Shown here in pieces: positions 29,150 through 39,278 of a stretch of DNA of 64,000 nt (position 1 is its first letter; each line of letters opens with the position of its first letter). The stretch comes from Eubacterium sp. (lineage in GTDB: Bacteria > Bacillota > Clostridia > Oscillospirales > Acutalibacteraceae): NCBI GenBank assembly GCA_029258375.1, contig JARHZA010000001.1, forward strand, positions 599,564-663,563. The letters are read 5' to 3'. Under the pieces are notes generated by a model. That model worked only from the letters and a program-made list of their open reading frames with translations. It searched no databases and was not told the origin of the DNA. Both the position numbers and the translations under genes were made by a program.

Positions 29150-32100
29150 ATGTTTACACATCTTCATCTTCATACAGAATTTAGTTTGCTTGACGGTGCG
29201 TGCCGAATCGAGCAACTCGTTATGCGTGCAAAAGAATTAAAAATGCAGTCCCTTGCTATTACCGATCACGGCAATATGTACGGGGCTGTTGATTTTTATA
29301 AAGCGTGTAAAAAAGAAGGAATAAAACCTATAATAGGTTGTGAAGTCTATGTAGCACCACGAACAAGATTTGATAAAGAAAAGGTGCTTGATAAAGAATA
29401 TAACCACTTAATTCTTTTGTGCGAAAATGAAGTAGGATATAAAAATTTAATAAAACTTGTATCACTTGCTTTTACAGAAGGATACTACTATAAACCCCGT
29501 GTAGATCACGATATACTTGAAAAATATCACGAGGGCATCATTTGCCTTTCTGCTTGTCTTGCAGGTGAAATACCTCAGGCGATTTTAAATCGTGATTATG
29601 ATGAGGCAAAAAGAATAGCACTTTGGTATCGTGAAGTCTTTGGCAAAGATAATTATTTTCTTGAAGTTCAAGATCATGGACTTGATGAACAAAAAATTGT
29701 AAAAGACGGTATAGTAAGACTTTCTAAAGAAACAGGAATACCAATAGTTGCAACTAATGACGTTCATTATATTGAAAAAGAAGATAGCAAAGTTCAGCAA
29801 GTTCTTATTTGTATTGCAACAAATCATATACTTGGTGAAGATACTGGACTTGAATTTCATTCAGAAGAATTTTATCTAAAATCCGAAGATGAAATGAAAG
29901 AACTTTTTTCTGATATTCCAGAGGCTATTGAAAACACTGGCAAAATTGCCGAAAGGTGTAATTTTGATTTTGAGTTTGGTAATACAAAGTTGCCTTATTT
30001 TGAAACACCTCATAAAATGGACCATTTTGAATATTTTAAAATGTGTTGTTATAAAGGACTTGAAAAAAGATACGGCAAAGCACCAAATGAATATGTTGAA
30101 CGCCTTGAATATGAACTTGAAACAGTAAATAAAATGGGTTATACAGATTATTATTTAATAGTTGCTGATTTTGTGTCTTTTGCAAAAAAACAAGGTATAC
30201 CTGTTGGCCCTGGCAGAGGTTCGGGCGCTGGTTCAATAGCAGCATACTGTATGGGAATAACTGATGTAGACCCAATGAAGTATAATTTGCTTTTTGAGCG
30301 TTTTTTAAACCCAGAACGTGTTTCAATGCCTGACTTTGATATAGATTTTTGTTATGAAAGAAGACAGGAAGTAATTGATTACGTAACAGAAAAATATGGT
30401 GAAAAGCACGTTGCTCAAATCGTAACTTTTGGAACACTTCAAACAAGGGCGGCAATTCGTGATGTTGGCAGAACTATGGGTATGCCTTATGCATCTGTTG
30501 ATGCAGTTGCAAAACTTGTGCCAAATGATTTTCATATTACTATTGATGAGGCAGTAAAAAAATCAAAAGAACTTAGATATTTAATGTCTGAAAATAGTCA
30601 GGTTAATGAGCTTATTGAAACTGCAAGAAAAGTTGAAGGAATGCCAAGAAATACGTCAACACATGCAGCAGGCGTAGTTATCACACACGATCCGGTATCT
30701 TCTTATGTTCCTCTTGCGTCAAATGATGGACTCATTGTAACGCAGTATATAATGACAACTCTTGAAGAACTTGGCCTTTTAAAAATGGACTTTTTAGGGC
30801 TTAGAACACTTACTGTAATAAACGATGCTTCAAAGCAAGTTGGCATAGATATTGAAAAAATTTCTATAGAAGATCCAGAGGTTTATAAACTTTTTGCAAG
30901 AGGTCAAACAGAGGGTATATTCCAGTTTGAATCTGCGGGAATGAAACAGATGCTTATGAATTTAAAGCCAACTAAACTTGAGCATCTTATTGCGGCAAAT
31001 TCGCTTTATCGCCCAGGCCCAGCAAAACAAATAGATACTTTTATAGAAAATTCTCATAATCCGCAAAATATAAAATATAGCACACCTTTGTTAAAACCAA
31101 TATTGGATGATACTTTTGGATGTGTCGTTTATCAAGAACAAGTAATGCAGATTTTTAGAAGTCTTGCAGGTTATTCTTATGGCAGAGCTGATGTTGTTCG
31201 TCGAGCAATGAGTAAAAAGAAAAAATCTGTGATGGAAGCAGAACGTGTAACATTTATCGAAGGTTGTGCAAAAAACAATATATCATCAAGTGTTGCAAAT
31301 GAAATATTTGACCTTGTTTCAGAGTTTTCAAAATATGCTTTTAATAAATCACACGCTGCTTGTTACGCTCTTGTTGCCTATAGAACTGCCTATTTAAAAA
31401 GGTATTATCCTGCACCATTTATGGCTGCTCTTTTAACTTCAGTTCTTGACTCTTCAAATAAAGTTGCAAGATATATTGCAGAATGTAAAAGACTTGGATT
31501 ACGACTTTCTGTACCAAATGTAAACACATCTCAAAAAGGTTTTTCAGCAAATGGCAATGTTATAAATTATGGACTTCTTGGAATAAAAAATCTTGGCCCT
31601 GAATTTATAAAAGATATAATCAAAGAACGTGAAAATGGAATGTATAAAGATTTGTTTGATTTTTGTTCAAGACTTCAAACAGGTCACTTTAATAAACGAG
31701 CAGTAGAAAGTCTTATACGTTGCGGAGCACTCGATTCTTTGGGTGCAAATAGACGTCAAATGCTTCAAGCATTACCAGCACTTGCTAGCAATTTAGAAGA
31801 ATACAGACGCAAAACAATGTATGGACAAGTTGGATTTTTTGATTTAGGAGCAGAGGATTCTTTTGGCTTTGAATTTGATATGCCTGAAGTTGATGAGTTC
31901 CCAAAATCAGAACTTTTGAAAATGGAAAAAGAAATGACTGGTCTTTATCTTTCAGGCCATCCACTTGATAAGTATGATGAAATAATAGATAAACTTGGTT
32001 ACGCAAGAACTATTGATTTGCTTGAAGCGGAAAAAAATACTTTTTCAAAATATAAAGATGGTGGAGCAGTTACACTTGTTGGAATAATAACTAATATTAC

Positions 32101-32644
32101 AATTAAGCAAACAAGAAATGGCAAAAATATGGCTTTTATAAGAATAGAAGATTTGCTTGGTTCTGTTGAAATTATCGTTTTTCCAAACACACTTGAAAAG
32201 TATAGCGAATTTCTTGTAAATGGTGGAATTATAACTGTTTCTGGCACATTATCTCTTGAAGAGGAAAAAGATGCAAAAGTACTTGCTAATGTTATAGGAA
32301 AAGCACCAGATAAAAATAGTAAGCCTTTATCTTCAACCAATAACTCATATAAAAGTAATAGTGTGAATAATCAAGTAGAAAAAGTAACTGAACAAGATAA
32401 ACCAAAAAAACATAAAAAATACGGCCTTTTTCTTAGATTTAGTTCAAGAGAAGATAAAAATATGGAAAAAGCAAAAATAATCACTTCGATTTTTGACGGG
32501 GATTATCCGCTTTATTTTTATTATCTTGATGAGAAAAAATATGAATTGCAAACAAGAACTATGTTTGTTGATGTAAATAAAACAATGCTAAAAAAATTAT
32601 CAGAAATTCTTGGTGAAGAAAACGTTGCTTTTATTGAACGTTAA
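29150..32644 (+). CDS. dnaE: DNA polymerase III alpha subunit
   Basis: HLHLHTEFSLLDG (PHP domain), PGRGSGAGS, RVSMPDFDIDF, KMDFLGL, YAFNKSH and OB fold; no intein visible. Confidence 0.98.
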   Translation: MFTHLHLHTEFSLLDGACRIEQLVMRAKELKMQSLAITDHGNMYGAVDFYKACKKEGIKPIIGCEVYVAPRTRFDKEKVLDKEYNHLILLCENEVGYKNLIKLVSLAFTEGYYYKPRVDHDILEKYHEGIICLSACLAGEIPQAILNRDYDEAKRIALWYREVFGKDNYFLEVQDHGLDEQKIVKDGIVRLSKETGIPIVATNDVHYIEKEDSKVQQVLICIATNHILGEDTGLEFHSEEFYLKSEDEMKELFSDIPEAIENTGKIAERCNFDFEFGNTKLPYFETPHKMDHFEYFKMCCYKGLEKRYGKAPNEYVERLEYELETVNKMGYTDYYLIVADFVSFAKKQGIPVGPGRGSGAGSIAAYCMGITDVDPMKYNLLFERFLNPERVSMPDFDIDFCYERRQEVIDYVTEKYGEKHVAQIVTFGTLQTRAAIRDVGRTMGMPYASVDAVAKLVPNDFHITIDEAVKKSKELRYLMSENSQVNELIETARKVEGMPRNTSTHAAGVVITHDPVSSYVPLASNDGLIVTQYIMTTLEELGLLKMDFLGLRTLTVINDASKQVGIDIEKISIEDPEVYKLFARGQTEGIFQFESAGMKQMLMNLKPTKLEHLIAANSLYRPGPAKQIDTFIENSHNPQNIKYSTPLLKPILDDTFGCVVYQEQVMQIFRSLAGYSYGRADVVRRAMSKKKKSVMEAERVTFIEGCAKNNISSSVANEIFDLVSEFSKYAFNKSHAACYALVAYRTAYLKRYYPAPFMAALLTSVLDSSNKVARYIAECKRLGLRLSVPNVNTSQKGFSANGNVINYGLLGIKNLGPEFIKDIIKERENGMYKDLFDFCSRLQTGHFNKRAVESLIRCGALDSLGANRRQMLQALPALASNLEEYRRKTMYGQVGFFDLGAEDSFGFEFDMPEVDEFPKSELLKMEKEMTGLYLSGHPLDKYDEIIDKLGYARTIDLLEAEKNTFSKYKDGGAVTLVGIITNITIKQTRNGKNMAFIRIEDLLGSVEIIVFPNTLEKYSEFLVNGGIITVSGTLSLEEEKDAKVLANVIGKAPDKNSKPLSSTNNSYKSNSVNNQVEKVTEQDKPKKHKKYGLFLRFSSREDKNMEKAKIITSIFDGDYPLYFYYLDEKKYELQTRTMFVDVNKTMLKKLSEILGEENVAFIER

Positions 32645-32735
32645 TTTAACCAATATGTAATCATTTTTATAATTTGTATAGTATGGTATATAATGTTTAT
32701 AATATATAATTTAACCTCATTGTTAAAATATTGTA

Positions 32736-32764
32736 TTGACTTTTATGTTTCTATTAAGTAAAAT
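32736..32764 (+). promoter_or_regulatory. Sigma-A promoter of pfkA
   Basis: TTGACT, 17 bp spacer, TAAAAT. Confidence 0.7.
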
Positions 32765-32860
32765 TATTAAGGTTAAGTAAAAAGTGAAAATTATTATATT
32801 TCAGTTATTTATAATATTTATATATTTTTCTATTTTATTTAGTAAATGGAGGGCTGTATT

Positions 32861-33829
32861 ATGAAAACAATAGCAGTATTAACAAGTGGTGGCGACGCAC
32901 CAGGTATGAACGCTGCAGTTCGTGCAGTTGTTAGAACAGCATGTGAAAATGGCATTCGTGTTCTTGGTGTAATTCGTGGTTATCACGGTCTTATCAATGG
33001 TGATTTTGTAGAAATGGATTTACGTTCTGTTTCAGATATAATTCATCGTGGTGGTACAAAACTTTATAGTGCACGTTCAACAGAATTTGCAACTGAAGAA
33101 GGTATGCAAAAAGCAATTAGAACTTGTAAAGAACACGGCATCGAAGGTGTAGTTGTTATTGGTGGTGACGGTTCATTTAGAGGTGCTCGTGATTTATCAG
33201 AACGTGGAATTCCTTGTGTTGGTATTCCTGGCACAATTGATAACGATATTGCTTGTTGTGATTACACAATTGGTTATGATACTTGCCTTAACACAATTAT
33301 GGAATGTGTTGACCGAGTTCGTGATACAACAGAATCTCACGATAGATGCACTGTTGTAGAAGTTATGGGCCGTCGTGCTGGTTACCTTGCACTTAATGCA
33401 GGCATTGCAGTTGGTGCAACAGCAATTCTTATTCCAGAAATTGAATTTGATATTCAAAAAGATGTTATTGAGAGAATGAAACGTACACAACTTGCAAACA
33501 AAAAGCACTTCCTTATCGTTGTTGCTGAAGGCGTTGGCGTTGATGTAACTGAACTTTCAAAACAAATTGAAGCTGCAACAGGTGTAGAAACAAGAGCTTG
33601 TATCCTTGGTCATATTCAACGTGGTGGTACTCCAACTGTTCAAGATAGAGTTATGGCTACTCGTATGGGCCATTACGCTGTTAAAGAACTTCTTATGAAG
33701 AACATTGGTAACCGTGTTGTTGCAACACAAAAAGGCGAAATTGTAGACTTTGATATTTTTGAAGCATTAAATATGAAAAAATCTATAGATAAAGATCTTT
33801 ATCAAATCGCTATGGAAGTTTCTATCTAA
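32861..33829 (+). CDS. pfkA: ATP-dependent 6-phosphofructokinase
   Basis: TSGGDAPGMNAA, GGDGS, PGTIDND, EVMGR and LGHIQRGG motifs. Confidence 0.98.
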   Translation: MKTIAVLTSGGDAPGMNAAVRAVVRTACENGIRVLGVIRGYHGLINGDFVEMDLRSVSDIIHRGGTKLYSARSTEFATEEGMQKAIRTCKEHGIEGVVVIGGDGSFRGARDLSERGIPCVGIPGTIDNDIACCDYTIGYDTCLNTIMECVDRVRDTTESHDRCTVVEVMGRRAGYLALNAGIAVGATAILIPEIEFDIQKDVIERMKRTQLANKKHFLIVVAEGVGVDVTELSKQIEAATGVETRACILGHIQRGGTPTVQDRVMATRMGHYAVKELLMKNIGNRVVATQKGEIVDFDIFEALNMKKSIDKDLYQIAMEVSI

Positions 33830-33860
33830 CTTTTAATTTTTAAAATTTTAAAAATATAAA

Positions 33861-33897
33861 AATAAACGTTGTGATTTTCACAACGTTTATTTTTTTG
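33861..33897 (+). terminator. Intrinsic terminator
   Basis: AATAAACGTTGTGA-TTT-TCACAACGTTTATT followed by a T-run. Confidence 0.85.
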
Positions 33898-33954
33898 TAA
33901 AATTTACTTAATTTATTATTGAAAAGATTGTCAATAATATATTGAGGTGATTTT

Positions 33955-35148
33955 ATGAAAAAAGCAATTCGTATTCTTGACAGTTTTTTTGCAGTGTTTC
34001 TTATTGTTATATATTCGTTTGTAATTTATGGAGATGTTATGCTCCCAAACGAAATTACAGTTATAGATTATTCAGATAATATTATAAATGAACTATACAC
34101 GGTGTCATCATCAACAGATCAAAGTGTAGATTTGCAAAAAGCACAAATTGTTGGAACAGAAGAAGCAGATTTAAAATTTTTAAACATAATTCCAGTTAAA
34201 AATGAAATAGTAAAACATAGCGAACCTAAAAAAGTATTTGTGTCAGGACAATCTTTTGGAATTAAACTCTACACAGACGGTGTTATAGTTGTTGGCACAA
34301 AAGACATAATTGTTGATGGAAAGAAAATAAATCCTTCAAAACAGGCGGGAATACAAGTTGGTGATGTTATTGTTTTGATAAATAATAAAAAAGTTTATTC
34401 TTCTGATGATGTTGAAAATATATTAAATGATAATAATGGTAATGATTATAAGGTAACTGTTAAACGTGGCACAAAACTTAAAACATTTACCGTCTCACCG
34501 GTATATGTTGCCGAAGAAGGTTGTTATAAAGCAGGTATGTGGGTTAGGGATTCAACTGCAGGAATAGGCACAGTAACATTTTATAATCCATCTAATCAGT
34601 CAATAGCAACTTTGGGGCATCCTATAACAGATGTAGATACTGGTGAAATTATGCCAATATTAAATGGGGAAGCTGTTAATACTAAGGTAACTTCTGTAAA
34701 TAAATCAAGCGAAAATGAAACCGGTTCGTTGTGTTGTGATTTTTTAAGTACAACAATCGGAACATTAACAGAAAATTCTAATAGGGGCGTTTATGGAAAA
34801 TATGCAGATAATATAGATTTGTCATCATGCCCAGAATACGAAATTGCACCAGTTCAAGAAGTAAAAAAGGGTTTTGCACAAATTATTTGTACCGTTGATG
34901 AAAATGGACCAAAAGTATATTCAGCAGAAATTTTAAAGGTTCTTTATAATGATAAAGAAAAAAATATGATAATTAAAATCACCGATGAAGAACTACTTAA
35001 CAAAACGGGTGGTATAGTTCAAGGAATGAGTGGTACGCCAATAATTCAAAATGGAAAACTTGTTGGTGCAATAACGCACGTTATAGTGAATGACCCAACA
35101 AAGGGCTATGGAATAATGGCAGAAAATATGCTGAATGTTGCAGAATGA
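33955..35148 (+). CDS. spoIVB: SpoIVB serine peptidase
   Basis: GQSFGIKL, PDZ domain, WVRDSTAGIGT, LGHPITD and GGIVQGMSGTPIIQNGKLVGAITHV motifs. Confidence 0.95.
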   Translation: MKKAIRILDSFFAVFLIVIYSFVIYGDVMLPNEITVIDYSDNIINELYTVSSSTDQSVDLQKAQIVGTEEADLKFLNIIPVKNEIVKHSEPKKVFVSGQSFGIKLYTDGVIVVGTKDIIVDGKKINPSKQAGIQVGDVIVLINNKKVYSSDDVENILNDNNGNDYKVTVKRGTKLKTFTVSPVYVAEEGCYKAGMWVRDSTAGIGTVTFYNPSNQSIATLGHPITDVDTGEIMPILNGEAVNTKVTSVNKSSENETGSLCCDFLSTTIGTLTENSNRGVYGKYADNIDLSSCPEYEIAPVQEVKKGFAQIICTVDENGPKVYSAEILKVLYNDKEKNMIIKITDEELLNKTGGIVQGMSGTPIIQNGKLVGAITHVIVNDPTKGYGIMAENMLNVAE

Positions 35149-35152
35149 TTAG

Positions 35153-35183
35153 AACAGTAGAGTTTATCTCTACTGTTTTTTTA
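35153..35183 (+). terminator. Intrinsic terminator
   Basis: AACAGTAGAG-TTTAT-CTCTACTGTT followed by a T-run. Confidence 0.8.
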
Positions 35184-35367
35184 TTGAAACTATAATGAAA
35201 CAATTTCTTACAAAAAATATATAATTGTTATTATATGTTGTAATAAAAATGAATATATGATAAAATGACTTTAAAATAATTAAAAAAGGCTAAATAACTA
35301 ATATTTGTATTGCTGCTTTATATTTATGTGGCAATATATTGTTATGCCTAAAAGAAAGGAAAAACCA

Positions 35368-37215
35368 ATGTTTATTTTTATGGGCGTAATAGCATCTATT
35401 ATTATAAGTGCTATTCAAATTTTTGCGTTCTGTCAAAAAAGAACAGTTGGTAATTGCGTAAATATCGTTCTTAAAAACGGTTTTGCAATTAACCTCATTT
35501 CACTTGCTCTTTTAAAGTATGTTTTCAAGTACAAACATTTTATTGTTACTGATGCATACGGTCCAATGAATTTCTTTAAATTCTTTGCACTTTCAATGGT
35601 TGTAGGTGTTGTTCTTTTATTTATCTACGCAATTGTATACAAAGTTTTAACATTCGAAGATGGAAATGCTAAAAAGGGCAAAGGTCCTATGGCACTTAAA
35701 ATAGTGTCTGTAGTATTATTTATGCTTGGTGCAGCTTGTTTCTTCGGAACAATTTACGGAAAAGGTTCTTTTGGCGATGTAGCTGCTGATGAACTCTTTA
35801 TTACATTGTTCTCACCAACAGCAGGAACAGACCCTAATGTTTACATAGAGGCACTTGAAGGACCAATATTCCAAGCATTACTTGCAACAACTATTTATGG
35901 TATATTTGTTTTCTCTAACTTCAAGCTTGTTTATCACAACAAAGAAAAAGCAATTACTGTATTCAATGACTTAGCTCATCGTATTATTAGCATTGTTCTT
36001 GCAGCATTATTCCTTGTAAGTGGTGTTGTATACGGCGTTCAACAGTTTAGATTAGTTTCTTTGTATAACGCTTATTTTGCTAAATCAACAGTAATTGATA
36101 AAAACTATGTTGATCCAAGAACTGCTGAAATTAAGTTCCCAGAGAAAAAAAGAAATTTAATTCATATTTACCTTGAATCTATGGAAAATAGCTATATGTC
36201 TAAAGATTTAGGCGGATTTATGGATGAAAACCTTATTCCAGAACTTACTGAACTTGCAGAAGAAGGCTATACTTTCTCTCACAAAGATAGTGGCTTTGGT
36301 GGTCCACAATCTGCAACAGGTACAACATGGTCTGTTGCATCAATGATAAATATGACAACAGGTCTTCCAATGAAAGCTCCTACTGAGCCAAACTCTTATG
36401 GAACAAAGGGTAACTTCCTACCAGGTGCATATACACTTGGCGATATTCTTCATGAACAAGGATACGAACAAACTCTTATGTTTGGTGCAGATGCTGATTT
36501 CGGTGGTTTAACATATTATTATGAATCACACGGCGATTTCAAAATAATGGACTATAAATACGCTAAAGAAAATGGCTTAATTCCTCCTGATTACTATGAA
36601 TGGTGGGGTTATGAAGATGATAAGCTCTTTGCATTTGCTAAAGATGAAATCACTCGTCTTTATGAAACAGGTAAGCCATTCAACTTTACAATGGAAACTG
36701 CTGATACACACCGCCCAGATGGTTATATCGGTAAAAACACACCAACACCTTATGGAAACCCTTATGCAAATGCTGTTGCATATAGCTCATCTGAAGTAGA
36801 AAAGTTTGTACGTTGGATTCAAAAACAACCATTCTATGATAATACTACAATTATTATTATTGGTGACCATTTAAGTATGGAAACAAACTTCTTTGATTAT
36901 TATGGATTTGATGATAGCTATCAACGTTCACAATACAACGTTATCTTAAACCCAGCACCTGGTGTTGCTTCAAGAGATAAAGATATTTTATTCAACCGTA
37001 TTTATGCTAACTTCGATATGTTCCCAACAATTCTTACTTGTCTTGGTGCAGAATATAACGGAGATAGACTTGGTATTGGTACAGATTTATTCTCAGGTGA
37101 AAAAACAATATTTGAAGAAAAGGGATTTGATCACGTTAATAAGGAACTCGAAAAGAAGAGTAAACTTTATAACGAAAGAATTTTAGTTGATCCTAACAAG
37201 GAAGAAACAAAATAA
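35368..37215 (+). CDS. LTA synthase/OpgB-like phosphoglycerol transferase (sulfatase fold)
   Basis: N-terminal TM helices, then NLIHIYLESME, METADTH and IIGDHL metal-ligand motifs. Start could be upstream (35305-35344). Confidence 0.85.
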   Translation: MFIFMGVIASIIISAIQIFAFCQKRTVGNCVNIVLKNGFAINLISLALLKYVFKYKHFIVTDAYGPMNFFKFFALSMVVGVVLLFIYAIVYKVLTFEDGNAKKGKGPMALKIVSVVLFMLGAACFFGTIYGKGSFGDVAADELFITLFSPTAGTDPNVYIEALEGPIFQALLATTIYGIFVFSNFKLVYHNKEKAITVFNDLAHRIISIVLAALFLVSGVVYGVQQFRLVSLYNAYFAKSTVIDKNYVDPRTAEIKFPEKKRNLIHIYLESMENSYMSKDLGGFMDENLIPELTELAEEGYTFSHKDSGFGGPQSATGTTWSVASMINMTTGLPMKAPTEPNSYGTKGNFLPGAYTLGDILHEQGYEQTLMFGADADFGGLTYYYESHGDFKIMDYKYAKENGLIPPDYYEWWGYEDDKLFAFAKDEITRLYETGKPFNFTMETADTHRPDGYIGKNTPTPYGNPYANAVAYSSSEVEKFVRWIQKQPFYDNTTIIIIGDHLSMETNFFDYYGFDDSYQRSQYNVILNPAPGVASRDKDILFNRIYANFDMFPTILTCLGAEYNGDRLGIGTDLFSGEKTIFEEKGFDHVNKELEKKSKLYNERILVDPNKEETK

Positions 37216-37228
37216 ATAACTTTTCAAT

Positions 37229-37263
37229 AAAACGCACTTGTTTAAAACAGGTGCGTTTTTTCT
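37229..37263 (+). terminator. Intrinsic terminator
   Basis: AAAACGCACTTGTTT-AAAACAGGTGCGTTTTT stem-loop. Confidence 0.75.
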
Positions 37264-37396
37264 ATTTTGTTTAGTTTTGTTATTAAATATTGTGTGAAAT
37301 CAATTAAAATTTACATTAAAACTATCTTAAAAGATAATTTACTACCAAAAGTCTGCTAATTTATGTTTGCAATATTTGTAAATAGTATTCTAATAA

Positions 37397-37413
37397 TGCC
37401 GAATATAGACGAA
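37397..37413 (+). promoter_or_regulatory. Tandem Spo0A boxes
   Basis: TGCCGAA (37397-37403) matches TGNCGAA; AGACGAA (37407-37413) has one mismatch; the two are 10 bp apart, upstream of spo0A. Confidence 0.6.
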
Positions 37414-37459
37414 AAGCTATAAAAAGTGAAAATAATTCACTAAACATAAGGTAAAACTA

Positions 37460-37488
37460 TTGCATTATTATAACACTTATGGTAAAAT
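37460..37488 (+). promoter_or_regulatory. Sigma-A promoter of spo0A (extended -10)
   Basis: TTGCAT, 17 bp spacer, TAAAAT with an upstream TG. Confidence 0.7.
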
Positions 37489-37518
37489 GTGAACGAAATT
37501 CACAAGGGAGGTTTTTCT

Positions 37519-38289
37519 ATGAAAAACAAATTAAGAGTTCTTGTTGCCGATGATTCTGCTTCTTTCGGCAAAGAATGTAAAAAAGAACTGGAAACAGCAG
37601 GCTTTGAGGTAGTACTTACAAGCAAAGATGGAATGAGAGTTATTTCTCTTCTTGATTCACAACATTTTGATGCCGTGTTAATGGATGTGTTTATGTCACA
37701 TATTGATGGTGTTGAAGTTCTTGAACATATCAATGATTCACTTACTGAAAGACCGCTTGTATTACTTTTGTCTGCAATGGATAATTCTGAGTTTGAAGAA
37801 CAAATGATTAACGCTGGCGCTGATTACTATTTTATAAAGCCAGTTACTGCACAATCAGTTGCTAAAAGAATTGAACGTCTTTCTGCTTGGAAATCAGAAA
37901 AGTTAAATAAGTCTGCAAATCAAATTTCTGAAAACGATATGGATGTAGTTATTTCAGATATTATGCGACAGATTGGTGTGCCTGCACATATTAAAGGTTA
38001 TCACTATCTTCGTACAGCAATTAAACTTTCTATTGATAATTCAGAAATGCTTGGTTCAGTAACTAAACTACTTTATCCAACAGTTGCTAAAATGTATAAC
38101 ACCACTTCATCAAGAGTTGAACGTGCTATTCGTCACGCTATTGAGGTTGCATGGGATAGAGGAGATATTGATGTGCTTAATTCTTATTTTGGCTATACAA
38201 TTCAAAGTCAAAGAGGCAAGCCAACAAATAGTGAATTTATTGCAATGATTGCAGATAAACTTAAATTATCATTAAAAACAACTGCGTAA
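37519..38289 (+). CDS. spo0A: Sporulation master regulator Spo0A
   Basis: Receiver domain (ADD...LMD...KP) plus GVPAHIKGY...LYP...[17 protein letters not shown]...KPTNSEFIA. Confidence 0.98.
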   Translation: MKNKLRVLVADDSASFGKECKKELETAGFEVVLTSKDGMRVISLLDSQHFDAVLMDVFMSHIDGVEVLEHINDSLTERPLVLLLSAMDNSEFEEQMINAGADYYFIKPVTAQSVAKRIERLSAWKSEKLNKSANQISENDMDVVISDIMRQIGVPAHIKGYHYLRTAIKLSIDNSEMLGSVTKLLYPTVAKMYNTTSSRVERAIRHAIEVAWDRGDIDVLNSYFGYTIQSQRGKPTNSEFIAMIADKLKLSLKTTA

Positions 38290-38425
38290 TTTCAAATGTT
38301 GTTATTATATTAGGTATTATTTATTATTAAATTATATTTTATTTAATTAAAGAGAGATTTTTTATTGATTCTGTGTTATACTTAATAGCATTAAATTGGC
38401 AAGTGAAAGAAGAGGATCATGAAAA

Positions 38426-39007
38426 ATGAACTTTTTAGAAGAAAGAATATTAAAAGATGGCATTGTTAAAGAAGGCAATGTTCTTAAAGTTGATAGTTTT
38501 TTAAATCACCAAATGGACATTGAATTATTCAATAAAATTGGTGAAGAATTTAAAAAGCGTTTTGAGGGTAAAGAAATAAATAAGATTCTAACTATTGAAG
38601 CATCAGGAATAGGCATTGCTTGCATAGTAGCACAGCATTTTAATGTTCCAGTAGTTTTTGCTAAAAAGTCTAAAAGTATAAACCTTGAGGGCGAAATGTA
38701 TGTTGCTGAAGTTGAATCTTTTACTCATAAATGCAAAAACAATGTAATTGTTTCAAAAAAATTCCTTAACCCAGAAGATAAAGTTCTTATTATTGATGAT
38801 TTCCTTGCAAACGGATGTGCTCTTCAAGGATTGATACATATTGTACAGTCAGCAGGTGCAACAGTAGAGGGAATAGGTATCGTAATTGAAAAAGGCTTCC
38901 AAAATGGTGGAACAATTATAAGAAATCTTGGATTCCAACTTGAATCATTAGCTATTGTTGATAGTATGGATGCAGAAAATGGGACTATCAATTTTAGAAA
39001 ACAATAA
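38426..39007 (+). CDS. xpt: Xanthine phosphoribosyltransferase
   Basis: [26 protein letters not shown] and IIDDFLANG motifs. Confidence 0.95.
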   Translation: MNFLEERILKDGIVKEGNVLKVDSFLNHQMDIELFNKIGEEFKKRFEGKEINKILTIEASGIGIACIVAQHFNVPVVFAKKSKSINLEGEMYVAEVESFTHKCKNNVIVSKKFLNPEDKVLIIDDFLANGCALQGLIHIVQSAGATVEGIGIVIEKGFQNGGTIIRNLGFQLESLAIVDSMDAENGTINFRKQ

Positions 39008-39066
39008 TAAAATAAATATGTATTTAATATATACATAATTATATAATAGCGAATATACAATTATTC

Positions 39067-39103
39067 AATAGCAGGTCTAATAAAGCAGACCTGCTATTTT
39101 TTT
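39067..39103 (+). terminator. Intrinsic terminator
   Basis: AATAGCAGGTCT-AATAAAGC-AGACCTGCTATT followed by a T-run. Confidence 0.85.
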
Positions 39104-39243
39104 GTCATTTTTAAAACACCATATATATTGTGTTTTGTTCAAAAGGAAACCACAAAAATAGTAAAAATATGCTATTGTGTAAATAAACAAAATTTTATTT
39201 ATAAATTTGTAACAATGCACAAAAATATTTTTTGAAAAAAGTG

Positions 39244-39272
39244 TTGACAAACTGTGCTTTATAATATATAAT
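39244..39272 (+). promoter_or_regulatory. Consensus sigma-A promoter of the S10 operon
   Basis: TTGACA (39244-39249), 17 bp spacer, TATAAT (39267-39272). Confidence 0.85.
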
Positions 39273-39278
39273 AAGCGA

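Noticed and set aside
29150-32644. Intein or intron in dnaE (also checked recJ and rel)
   Set aside because: Lengths are normal, motifs are contiguous, and there is no splicing or homing-endonuclease signature.
32719-32738. Possible Rex operator before pfkA (TTGTTAAAATATTGTATT)
   Set aside because: Only the left half matches TTGTTAA-N4-TTAACAA; too weak in AT-rich DNA.
33905-33940. Possible sigma-F/sigma-G promoter for spoIVB
   Set aside because: A partial -10 (GTCAATAATA) but no convincing -35 at the right spacing.
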